From: Octopus vulgaris
Taxonomy: Eukaryota
Direction: 5' to 3'
DNA: 64,000 bases
NCBI GenBank assembly: GCA_951406725.2
Contig: OX597815.1
Location: forward strand, 67,084,001-67,148,000
The notes under the pieces are model-generated. The model ran no database searches. It worked only from the letters and a program-made list of their open reading frames with translations, and had not been told where the DNA came from. Positions 1 through 11,539 of this stretch are shown here, one piece after another (positions within the stretch are counted from its first letter, which is position 1; each line of letters starts with the position of its first letter). The translations under genes were made by a program, and so were the position numbers.

Positions 1-169
1 CGTCACTAGCAAGCGAATATGACCTAGTAGCTTGTTCCACGCTTTCACTAATTGTTTTAGGTGCCTGGATAGTCTTGAGCAGACATAGACAACCTCTCAA
101 TGCTCCCACCGTCGATCAGCAGAATATCAAGGTAGTAACATCTGAAGTAAGGCAGGGCTGTACCAGAAG

Positions 170-296
170 TTAACAGGTACTCATTTACAGCTGATTAGGC
201 TGAAGCAACGTGAAATAAAGTGTCTTGTCCATGAATAAGATGTGGTGTTCAGGAATCGAACTCATGATCATGAGCACAACAACCTAACCATTAGGC
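170..296 (-). mobile_element. tRNA-derived SINE, 5' part (degraded)
   Basis: Reverse complement has a tRNA-like head (box B GTTCGATTCC). The segment 'gcaacgtgaaataaagtgtctt' is shared with copies at 16570-16812 and 31226-31470. Confidence 0.7.
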
Positions 297-431
297 TGAG
301 ACGAAGAGAAGAAACAACGTGACTATGGTCTTAGGTTTGTAGCATGTTCCTAAGTTAATCTTTGTCAATTAGTTGGTTAGTCTTCGTTTGACTACTGCTG
401 CTAAGTACATTTATATGTATAGCAGCAGTAG

Positions 432-499
432 TCGTCATCGTGACCACCACCACCACCACCACCACCACCACATCATCATCACCATCGTCATCACCATCG

Positions 500-555
<56 letters not shown>

Positions 556-556
556 T
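432..556. repeat. (CAC)n/(CAT)n microsatellite
   Basis: Directly visible trinucleotide run. Confidence 0.95.
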
Positions 557-1164
557 ATGATATGTGACCAGTAAAAATGAGAATCACAAAAAAAGGTAAG
601 CAACTGATCAAAGTTAAATAGATTTCTGACAGTAAGCCTAGTCGTTGGAATGTAGTCAGCTACATCGATGTTATATAGATGTGTGGTTGATAAGGAATAT
701 AGCTCGAAACTATGAGACTTAGCATTTCTAATGGCTTATATTCACACGATAAAACATGCCGGTGGAAGACATGATATGATCGTACGCCTAAAATTTGTCG
801 ATAAAGATAGATAAAGAGACACGCATTTTGTTTACGATTCAGTGGTGGTAGGCAATTTGAATATCTCTCCCTTGCCGACACCTTCTTTTTCTTATTTTTC
901 CTTCTAATTTTTTCACCCTCATCACTTTTAACGATATTGGGTTCCATATGAGAAGAAAGCAAATAAATTCTTCCGTTAGATTTCAATATTCATATTTATG
1001 CGACCCTCTTTAGAAAACTGTTTCATGCCCAGATTCCAGTTTTGATTATTGATAATTTTTTTTTTTTTAGTTTTTCTGTCTTTAGGTATGAGAAGCTTTT
1101 TCTTTTCTTTTTCTTTTGCTATTTGTTTGTACTTTTGTTTGTAATTTTTTTTATCGTTTGGTTG

Positions 1165-1470
1165 TTTCAGTTAATGGATTGCAGCATTTTGAAGGGTTTT
1201 AGTCGACCAAATCACTGTCAGTACTTATGACTTTTTTAACGACTGGTACTTATTCACTTCAGTTTCTTTTGCCGTACTGCTAAATGATGTGGACGCAAAC
1301 AGACAAACATAGGTTGTCAAGCGTTATTCGTGGCTGACCAACACTGACACAAGAAAACACACAGACACATACATTCTACGGGTTTTCACACAGTTTCCAT
1401 CGGCAAATTCGTTCACAAGGCATTGGTCAGTCCGGGGTATAGTAGAAGACAATCGCCCAAGGTGCCATGC
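1165..1470 (-). mobile_element. tRNA/CORE-type SINE (degraded)
   Basis: Reverse complement matches the family 'gcaccttgggcaagtgtcttctactatagcc...' seen at 28925, 30990 and 54990. Confidence 0.7.
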
Positions 1471-2032
1471 ATTTTTTCCTTACAGTGTGGCTGAACATAG
1501 ATTTTTTTGTGTCTAACTATTGTTATATGAAAGCTCTGGATGGGAACTTATATTATCGTATATTATAAGTAAAATATTTTGTAATGTTTCCAGAGAAAAA
1601 GAAATTTCGATTTGCATAAGATTTCCACTGGTAACTAATTTAATTATTTACTAAACTATATACGAAGCAGACGAGATAAAGCACTAATGTTATGCAAATC
1701 AGAATCTCCAATCCGCTGTTACATTGCTATATTAGTTGTGATTATAATAATTGGTTACGTATTTCTCCGTAGACAGAATGAGGTGTGCACGGTCTCGGAA
1801 GGGAAAAAAAAGGAAAAAATTAAGTCAATGTTAAGACTAGTTCTTCCCACGCATAAATAAAAGTATATATATGTATATGTATATATATGTATATAGTGAA
1901 CAAGCTTATGAGTGTCGAGTGTGTCGGTGCTGTACAGAAAAAAATCAAGAAATTCTCGAACTCAAGAAGGCTATGAAGACAGCTTAGAAAATCGAAAGCC
2001 TTTTAGGACACGGAAAAAAAATGATGCTAGAA

Positions 2033-2106
2033 AGCTTCCACAGGGAATCGAATCCTGCACTTCTCAAATTCCAGATAGGCGCTCTGTACCATTAAGCTAA
2101 GAGACT
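2033..2106 (-). pseudogene. tRNA-like sequence (pseudo-tRNA or SINE head)
   Basis: Minus strand AGTCTCTTAGCTTAATGGTACAGAGCGCCTATCTGGAATTTGAGAAGTGCAGGATTCGATTCCCTGTGGAAGCT has a box A/D-arm and a box B/T-arm. Acceptor and anticodon stems are imperfect. Confidence 0.55.
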
Positions 2107-2384
2107 CCTGAAAGCAGATATCGCCTTCTGATAATGCTAAGTAATATCTTTTGGAATGTGAGAACAAACCTATCAGAGTCGAGTGTGTTGGTATTCTACA
2201 GAAAATAAAGGAATTCTCGAACGCAAAAAGGCTGTGGAAACACTTTTCCGAAAATTCTCTGCAGGGTTCGAATCCCCGTGGAGGCTTGCTGTCCACCTAT
2301 TTCTGACTTCTAAAGAGTATTTACTCGATTTTCTAATATTAATATTCCTACAAATCCAAAATGATATCAATGATGCAACATGTT

Positions 2385-2965
2385 AAGGCGGCGAGCTGGC
2401 AGAAACGTCTGTCGTTACGTTGTGAGTTCAAATTCCGCCGAGGTCGACTTTGCCTTTCATCCTTTCGGGGTCCATTAAATAAGTACCAGTTACGCACTGG
2501 GGTCGATATAATCGACTTAATCCGTTTGTCTGTCCTTATTTGTCCTCTCTGTGTTTAGCCCCTTGTGGGTAGTAAAGGAATAGGTATTTCGTCTGCCACT
2601 ACGTTCTGAGTTCAAATTCCGCCGAGGTCGACTTTGCCTTTCATTCTTTCGGGGTCGATTGAATAAGTACCAGTTACGCATTGGAGTCGATATAATCGAC
2701 TTAATCTGTTTGTCTGTCTTTGTTTGCCCCCTCTGTGTGTAGCCCCTTGTGGGCAATGAAGAAATAAGAAACGTTAGTACGCCGGGCGAAATGCTTAACG
2801 TTATTTCGTCTGTCTTTATGTTGTGAATCCAAATTAAGCCGAGGTCGACTTTGCTTTGCATCCTTTCGGGGTCAATAAATTAAGCGCCAGTCGCGTACTG
2901 GGGCCGATGTAATCGACTGGCCCCACATCCCCCAAAATTTCGGCCTTGTTCCTACAGTAGAAAGG
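2385..2965 (+). mobile_element. Trimeric tRNA-derived SINE with 16-bp target-site duplication
   Basis: Three tandem units of 'gagttcaaattccgccgaggtcgactttgcctttcatcctttcggggtc'. AATGATGCAACATGTT flanks both sides (2369-2384 and 2966-2981). Confidence 0.9.
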
Positions 2966-3249
2966 AATGATGCAACATGTTGCTTCATTGATATAGATAA
3001 GAGCTTTTACGTAATAACTAGAGCTACATATAGTTTAATAGAACAACCAGAAAACAAATACTTTGCATTTAAGATATTTCATGACGATCGTTTCAGTAAT
3101 CGATATGTATTAATTATTGATTATCGAATACTGAAACTTCGTAATGAAATATCTGAAATACCAACCAGCGATTTGTTTTATGCTTACTTTTTGCTATATA
3201 TGTTAAATATACTATCCTAAATTACACTATATTGTACTATAAAGCACAA

Positions 3250-3940
<691 letters not shown>

Positions 3941-4514
3941 AATCTTTGGAAACGTGTATTTTACTGCCGGAGCACCCCCATTTCCATAATAAATTGAATA
4001 TTATTACTGAACGAAATATCGTACATATAATCATCGGAGAAGCCAATAGACTATTTAATGTAAGGGGTTATATAGTTGAAAATGAAAACAAACAAACACC
4101 TTACCAAAACAAGCAAAATAATTACAGAAATATATAAATAAGTAAAGATAAGAGACTTAGTAATAGCGACGATAAAAGAAAGAATGTATAATGAAAATAA
4201 ATACAACAAAGAAAAAGGTGGAGAATAGATATAACAAAGGAAAAGAAGTTAACAATGAAAATACATACACTGAAGTTTTAATAATTTTTTTGAAACATCA
4301 CCCATTAAAACTGGAAATATTGAAAATACAAATAAGATATAATTACAATGGAAGAAAGTAAAAAAATACATCATTAAAATTCACTAAAAAACAAACATAA
4401 AGCAAAAAGAAGAAAAAAAGAAGGAGACATGAAACATCTGCAATATGAAACAAACTCATAAATATACGAGCCAATGTAGGAGCACTACCACCACCTCCAT
4501 CAACAGTATATACA

Positions 4515-4663
4515 GGATGCTGTGTGGTTAAGAGTTTCTCTTCGAACACACATGGTTCCGGATTCGGATTCCATTGGGTGACACTTCAAGTAGTTTTTTT
4601 ACTTTAGCCTCGGGTTGACCAACGATTTGTCAGACTGGTAGACAGAAATATTTTCGGAGCTCG

Positions 4664-4744
<81 letters not shown>

Positions 4745-4761
4745 GTCTGTCTGTCTGTCTA

Positions 4762-4792
<31 letters not shown>

Positions 4793-4822
4793 GCCTGTCT
4801 GCCTGTCTGTCTGTCTGTCTGT
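4515..4822 (+). mobile_element. SINE 5' part followed by (ATCT)n(GTCT)n
   Basis: 'gctgtgtggttaagagttt...catggttccggattc' head of the same family as 28925 and 54990. Confidence 0.65.
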
Positions 4823-5039
4823 TAGTTTGTTTAAATTGAACATGTTTCAAGCTATTGTGATCTTCAAGCGAGCATCATTTTCTTTCGGTATTCGAGCTGT
4901 TTTTTTATACAGTGAAGCGAGTTCATTCTCTTCTCTGTATTATACGACAGCGTTTTCAAATGTCGTATTATATAGATGTCAATACATACTCAATATATTG
5001 ATTTGTTCAACATAAGTAATGAAATGTGTAACTTTGCGG

Positions 5040-5487
5040 ACACCAGAATAAGTTTATTTTAAAAAATGAGTCTGAATTGCTAATAGGTGAACAGCCGCGG
5101 AAATAGGAAAGGAGACAGAACTCTAACATTAATGGAACAGTCAAAAAGAAATTATTTCAAAGGAAAGAACGACAGTTTAGACATATCGTATATAAATTAT
5201 CCTTCCTACAGATTATCAAAATTCTCCGCAACTTCAGATACAAAATAACAATTCAAGAAGTTGGCAGACAATTTGGACAAAACGGGATATAAGTTGCATT
5301 ATCATCCGGTAGATGCATGCAGCAGGACAAGTATTGAACTGACCAATGAATGAGAGACAAACTAATAAAGAAACTCTAGTTTAATAGTATACAGCTCAGA
5401 AAACAAGATGCAGTTATTCAGTTAGACAGGCAGCGATAGAACGACTACTGAATTATCTTAAGGTGAAAAAAAAAAAAAAAAAAAAAA
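5040..5487 (+). mobile_element. Possible heavily decayed LINE 3' end with poly(A)
   Basis: Ends in a long A tract at 5466-5487; only a weak resemblance to RTE-type C-terminal coding sequence. Confidence 0.3.
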
Positions 5488-5589
5488 TGATAAATAATTT
5501 CAGGAAAACAATTTCAGATAAATAGGATCTCATAAATGATAGACATATAAGCAAAAGTGAATCTGGCCAATGAAAAATTGAGCAGCCAC

Positions 5590-6463
5590 CGATTTGGCAA
5601 ATAAAATGACGGCGACCTTTTATTTAATTATCTTCGAAATACTCCTTTTGGGAGTTCACACACTTCTCCCAGCAGTTCTCTCACTGCTGCTAACACACCT
5701 GGAACGCCTTCTCTGGAATGCTATAGAGCTTCACCGTCACTTTTCTCATAATTTCCTCTCGCGACTCAAATCGCTTCCTTTTCAGCGTGGTTTTCAGTTT
5801 GCGGAAGAGCCTGAAGTCACATAAAATCAAATCGGGAATGTAGGGAGTCTGTCGAACAAGTAATGTGCTGTTCTTGACCAGGAAAGCATAGACTACCTGG
5901 TGCATTCAAAAAGTATTCAACTTTATTTTTTCGCCAACACTCTCCGCATGCAGTAATCCTGTTAACATGGAATGCACTGATCCTGTGTTTATTTCCACTT
6001 TGTGAGTAATTTCCTGGATCGTTTAACGACGGTCTTCTACGACTATTCGCCGAACCTTCTCAATCGGTTTGAGGATGGCCTTCCTGAGTGTACCTCGCTC
6101 TCCACTGAGGTGCAGTCATGTTTGAAGCGGCTGTGCCACTCTTTGATCCGAGTTTTGCTCATGGTGTCATCACCAAAGGCCTGTTGAAACTTCTGGATGG
6201 TTTGAACTTGAATATCATCAAGCTTTAGGCAAAACTTGATGTAATATCTCTGCTCTATCCGTTCGGTCATCTTAAGTGAAAACGAAAATTCGACGAGCGC
6301 GCTCTACACGACTGTACTGTATGCAAAACAGTCAGGAACTGACGCGGTTTATCGGCGTGAAAATTTTCATGCATGTGCAGGATGCACCCAAAGGATTTCA
6401 TCCGCGCGACATTAGTTTTTGCAAGAAAAAATATAGTCGGATACCTTTTAAACTCACCTCGTT
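5590..6463 (-). mobile_element. mariner transposon relic (internally deleted)
   Basis: HTH N-terminus MTERIEQRYYIKFC...GRPS (6043-6270) and C-terminal PYIPDLILCDFRLF (YSPDLAP-D motif, 5690-5905). Mariner-type TIR ACGAGGTGAGTTTAAAAGGTATCCGAC at the right end. Confidence 0.9.
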
Positions 6464-7304
6464 CACACACACACGCACGCATCCCCCCAACACACATTGC
6501 GTTTTTTTTTCAATATTTATTTTTGTTTGCAATAGCCGGTTCTTTAGGTCAAACTATTGTATCTCCAGCTGCTTCAGATGCCAAGATATCAAAAATTGTC
6601 AAAGTGTAGTACAACAGTTTTGCTATGGAATGGGAAAACTATTATTTCGGTTTCTGACAACTAGCAGTTGTCTAGTTGTCTAGAACTGCTGACATCCCTG
6701 TCAGCAGCACTGTATCCTGCCATGACCATTGTTGACACCCCCCTCTCTCTATCAACTGGTTACAGACGAACACACAGACACAGTCTTTTCTGTTGCTTGA
6801 CCATTAATACCAGCTATATCTCTCTCCCTTGCTGCCTTCTAAACACACTGCCACACATACATAGACGCACACACACATACATGAAAGCAATTTCTCACAC
6901 TCAAACACTCTAGCACTCATTCTTAAAACAATTCAAATATTAACACCAGTCATACAGAATACATTCACACTCTTTGATTTTCCTGTACTCCCCTTCTGTT
7001 AACCGGATTTTGACCTTGAATTATCTCAACGGACTTTCTCGTCGGCTTTCACCCAGCCTGACGTCAACGCATATTGATAGACAGTTTGTGCCATTTATTC
7101 CATGGGCTCCTCGTGAGCGTTTGTCGAAAAGCTTGCTGTGCATTTTGTTTGAGAATTAAGTTCCTGGATTTTCCTGAAGAGAAGGCTGCAAAATGGGCTC
7201 CTTATTCAATCCGAATTAGGGACTTTGCAGCCTTTGAAACATATATAGAAAATAATAAAAAGAAATTTTGTTAAATCTTCGTTCAGCTCCATTTCTTCCT
7301 ACAC

Positions 7305-7393
<89 letters not shown>

Positions 7394-7401
7394 CTCTCTC
7401 T

Positions 7402-7442
<41 letters not shown>

Positions 7443-7685
7443 AGATAAGAAAATGGAGAAATACATCTAAATCAAATATCAATTACCAGATAATACTCAA
7501 TTACATACTTTATTAAACCACCACATAAGAGACTGTAGGGTTAAATATAAAAAGCAAAACAAATCAGTGTACATAAAGGAGTGTACATAAAAAAGTGTAC
7601 ATAAAAGAGTAATGTTATATAATAATTAGAATATATATAAAAAAGAATATAAATACAAGTAAATATAAATATATGTATAAATTAG

Positions 7686-7812
7686 ATCTTACAGCTGTTT
7701 CGGCCATGTCGATAATTATGTCTCATTTTACCAATATTAGCCCTTTATGGTTGGTCAATATATAGATATAAATGAGACATTAACAAAAATATCACAAGGC
7801 CTCTTCGGAGAT
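7686..7812 (-). ncRNA. Type I hammerhead ribozyme motif (C4 core variant, long stem II)
   Basis: Inverted copy of 8350-8476. Confidence 0.7.
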
Positions 7813-8349
7813 TATGTAATATAACACAGTCTACACATATACCCACATGGGTGTGGGTGCGTACCCACAATACAACATATATATATACATATGAGTGCAT
7901 ATACTCACACTCCTATACATATAAAAAATATACATTTACATAATGATATAAATAAATAATATAAATTAGTAAACATATATATGTGTTCCACACCCAATGT
8001 CTCAGTTTTTCGACTTAATATTGTGATAATAAACATACACAAATTAATACCTAGATGTAAATATACATAGTCAATAGTACATTATATTATATCATAATAG
8101 TTTCCAAAGTGTCATTAAAGTTAGTATCATTATCGTTGTCAATACAATTAATGTTATCATTGTTATCATTCATAATATTATTAATAACTCTAATTTATAT
8201 TATTTATTTATATCATTATGTAAATGTATATTTTTTTATATGTATAGGAGTGTGAGTATATGCACTCATATGTATATATATATATGTTGTATTGTGGGTA
8301 CGCACCCACATCCATGTGGGTATATGTGTAGACTGTGTTATATTACATA

Positions 8350-8476
8350 ATCTCCGAAGAGGCCTTGTGATATTTTTGTTAATGTCTCATTTATATCTAC
8401 ATATTGACCAACTATAAAGGGCTAATATTGGTAAAATGAGACATAATTATCGACATGGCCGAAACAGCTGTAAGAT
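8350..8476 (+). ncRNA. Type I hammerhead ribozyme motif (C4 core variant, long stem II)
   Basis: ATCT-CCGAAGA-GGCC...GGCC-GAAA-C-AGCT-G-TA^AGAT. Stem I ATCT/AGAT; stem III is the palindrome ACAGCTGT; stem II is extended by ATGTCTCATTT/AAATGAGACAT. Confidence 0.72.
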
Positions 8477-8895
8477 CTAATTTATACATATATTTATATT
8501 TACTTGTATTTATATTCTTTTTTATATATATTCTAATTATTATATAACATTACTCTTTTATGTACACTTTTTTATGTACACTCCTTTATGTACACTGATT
8601 TGTTTTGCTTTTTATATTTAACCCTACAGTCTCTTATGTGGTGGTTTAATAAAGTATGTGATTGAGTATTATCTGGTAATTGATATTTGATTTAGATGTA
8701 TTTCTCCATTTTCTTATCTTGTATTAGTAATTTGTGGTAAATCATTTTACCTTTGCCCAAATAATACAGTAAATGAATTGATTGCATCGCAATCATTAAC
8801 ATTTATGTATTAACTTTGTTGGGTACCTCACTAGCAGTATATTGGATATACGTTATCCCATAGAGGGTTGCATTTACAACCCCTATCTCAATTTG

Positions 8896-8964
<69 letters not shown>

Positions 8965-8966
8965 GG

Positions 8967-9083
8967 AAAAATGAATAGAAATGACTTTTCTGATAAATTT
9001 TCCACTTTAATAATTAGATATTTACAAAACATCTAATTATCAAAGTGGAAAATGATCAGAAAAGCCATTTCTATTCATTTTTT
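8967..9083. repeat. ~55-bp-arm hairpin between (TA)n tracts
   Basis: aaaaatgaatagaaatgacttttctgat...aattagat pairs with atctaatt...atcagaaaagccatttctattcattttt. Confidence 0.8.
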
Positions 9084-11125
9084 TTCAAATATATAATACT
9101 GTACCAGGGATTTTCAATTTCATATTCTATGTATGTATATATATATATATATATATATATTAACGGGTGCATGGAACAAAAATTCATTTTTCTGTAGATT
9201 CATTCTTCTCTAGGTTCACATACATACCATTCTCAAGCTTACCATCAAAAATGTTGTGAAGCAGTGATAAACCCGTTGGAAACCTATGTAGTATTTTGTT
9301 TTGGAATAAAAGGATGCAAATCGAGAAAGTGATTTACAGTGGTTAACACAAGTACAATAACAGCAACTACAACAATATTTTGTTGTGCAAGGTCACTGAC
9401 GTAATGACACAGATTATCCATTTAAGATGTAATTAATCTGCCCTCCTCTTCCACCGAAAGAGTAATGGGTTACATTTATATATTTACAGTGACATTATTA
9501 TCAAGAATCAACAGTTAGTGGTAAAAGTGTGTGCACACAAAAAAGAGAGACAGATATATATAGAGAGAGAGCAAGAGAGGTTCAAACGAACAATACTGGC
9601 ACATACACCCACCCATCATACTTGCATTCACTCGCATACATGCACATACATATATACACGCAGACGACAATTATCACTCCGTGTGTGAGTGTGAGAGTGG
9701 GGATATGTGTATGTGTGCACGTGCACGTTATTAATGTTCGTATGGGAGTGAGTGTGTGTATGTTTATGTGTGCACGAAGATACGGAGTTTTCCATCAATC
9801 CATTATGTTAACTATCGTCTTCCTGACTTTCTTCATAAAAGATGTGTTACGGTATATTTTGAATGTAGTGTTACCAACTATATAATATCAAGTGCTTCTT
9901 TAATTATTTTATGATCGAAACGGAGTTTGATGTCTTTCGGCAGACAGTGAGAATTGAATCGAGAGAAGCAGAGAAGATACAGGGAAAAATTAGGAAAAGG
10001 TAAAGAGAAGAAATAAGAATTTGGAATGAGTAGAGGAGAATCAGGAATGATGAGAAGCATTAACTCAAGGGAAAAGGAATGAAATTAATGGGAAATGAAA
10101 CTAGAAGGTGTCGTATGACGAAGGCTAAGGCTGAATCTCATAGGGAAAGAATAAGAACTGTTAATCAAGAAAGATGACAAAATATGAACAATGATGATAG
10201 GCAAGAATATTTTGCATAAGCCAGAATAAGAAAACATGTTATAAGAGAAAACGTGACTGAACAAAAGAGGCAAGATATAAAAAAATAATCAAAGGCTTAT
10301 GGAGGAAATGACGGGATATTATTACTGAGTGGGGAGATGTTAATGGCTGACAATGTATTGCAAAATGGGCCGTGAAAATTCCACAGGAATTGCTAGTAAT
10401 AATAATTATGATATAGCTACATTGTTGTAACTGCTACAACTACATTGTTGTAAATGCACATGTTTGTATCAATATTACTTGTTTCACATAAAAGAAAGAA
10501 AAGATAATACTGCATTTCCAGACAGGTAGGTTTAAAGGCCAAACCCCGTTATTTTAGTGGCAGAAAAATTAACGACAATATAGTTTAATAGAATTACACC
10601 GATAGAAACTCAATGAAAAGCACTATCTAGATTTGGTATTTCTTGAACTTCGTTGATTCGATAAAACAAAATAAAAACCAGTCTGAAAATGTTTTTCTTT
10701 TTCTCTGAATGTATTTTATTATCATTTTGTGTTTTGCTTCTTCTCCAACTAAAATGTGCTTTCGGCCATAACTAGAATTCGGTATCGTCTGACATTTCAA
10801 AATCACTTGCCTTTATAATTTTTTTTATTGCAAATGTTTAAAAGTGTTGTTTAAAACTGATACTTTCTACTTGTATTTGCTTTCTACATCAAAATCAACG
10901 AAAGAGAAATAAAGCCAAAAGGTTGCAAAAACAAAATCAAAAGCAACAACCAAAAGCAAAAACAACAAATCAAAACAAAAGACGGCAAAATAAAAGGAAA
11001 AAATACATCTTCAAACCATTGAAATAATGCTTTTTAAAAAACATTCAGACATATACAGAGAGAAACATTATTTAAAACTTTCTGTCTGAATTCCATATAA
11101 ATAATAATTGTATTTGTTGTTGTTA

Positions 11126-11193
<68 letters not shown>

Positions 11194-11388
11194 GCGAGCT
11201 GGCAGAATTATCACTACACCAGGCAAAATACTTAGCAGCATTTCGTTCATTTCTACGTTCTGAGTTCAAATTCCATCGATGTCGACTTTGCATTTCATCC
11301 ATTTCGGGGTCGATAAAATAAGTACCAGTTGAACACTGGGGTCGATGTAATCGACTTACTCCTCTTCCGAAATTGCTGGCCTTGTGTT
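11194..11388 (+). mobile_element. tRNA-derived SINE after (ATT)n
   Basis: 'gcgagctggcagaa...ttctgagttcaaattcc...gtcgactttg', same family as 2385. Confidence 0.85.
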
Positions 11389-11539
11389 CAGATTATTTCC
11401 ATTTTACTTCTCAGAGATCTCGATTTTACTTGCTCCTCTTAATTCTGTAAGAGCGGACAGAAACCTGTTGGCAAAAGTTTCACAGAGTCTCTTTCCACGA
11501 TATTTAACATCCAAGTTCCAATCTCAAAATCCTCGCTGT

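Larger units (their letters stand above)
7439..8899 (+). mobile_element. Penelope-type pseudo-LTR fold-back: ~530-bp inverted repeat (7439-7969 / 8190-8723) plus unique 3' tail, embedded in (TA)n
   Basis: Arms are near-perfect reverse complements and each contains a hammerhead motif; (TA)n on both sides. Confidence 0.8.

Noticed and set aside
660-986. 108-aa minus-strand ORF as a possible exon
   Set aside because: No recognisable domain or convincing splice context
2400-2960. Regularly spaced repeats resembling a CRISPR array
   Set aside because: Units are long SINE monomers without unique spacers; eukaryotic context and no cas genes
9840-10290. Possible Penelope GIY-YIG tail (HKIIKEALDI)
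   Set aside because: Single short motif in very degraded purine-rich sequence; not enough support
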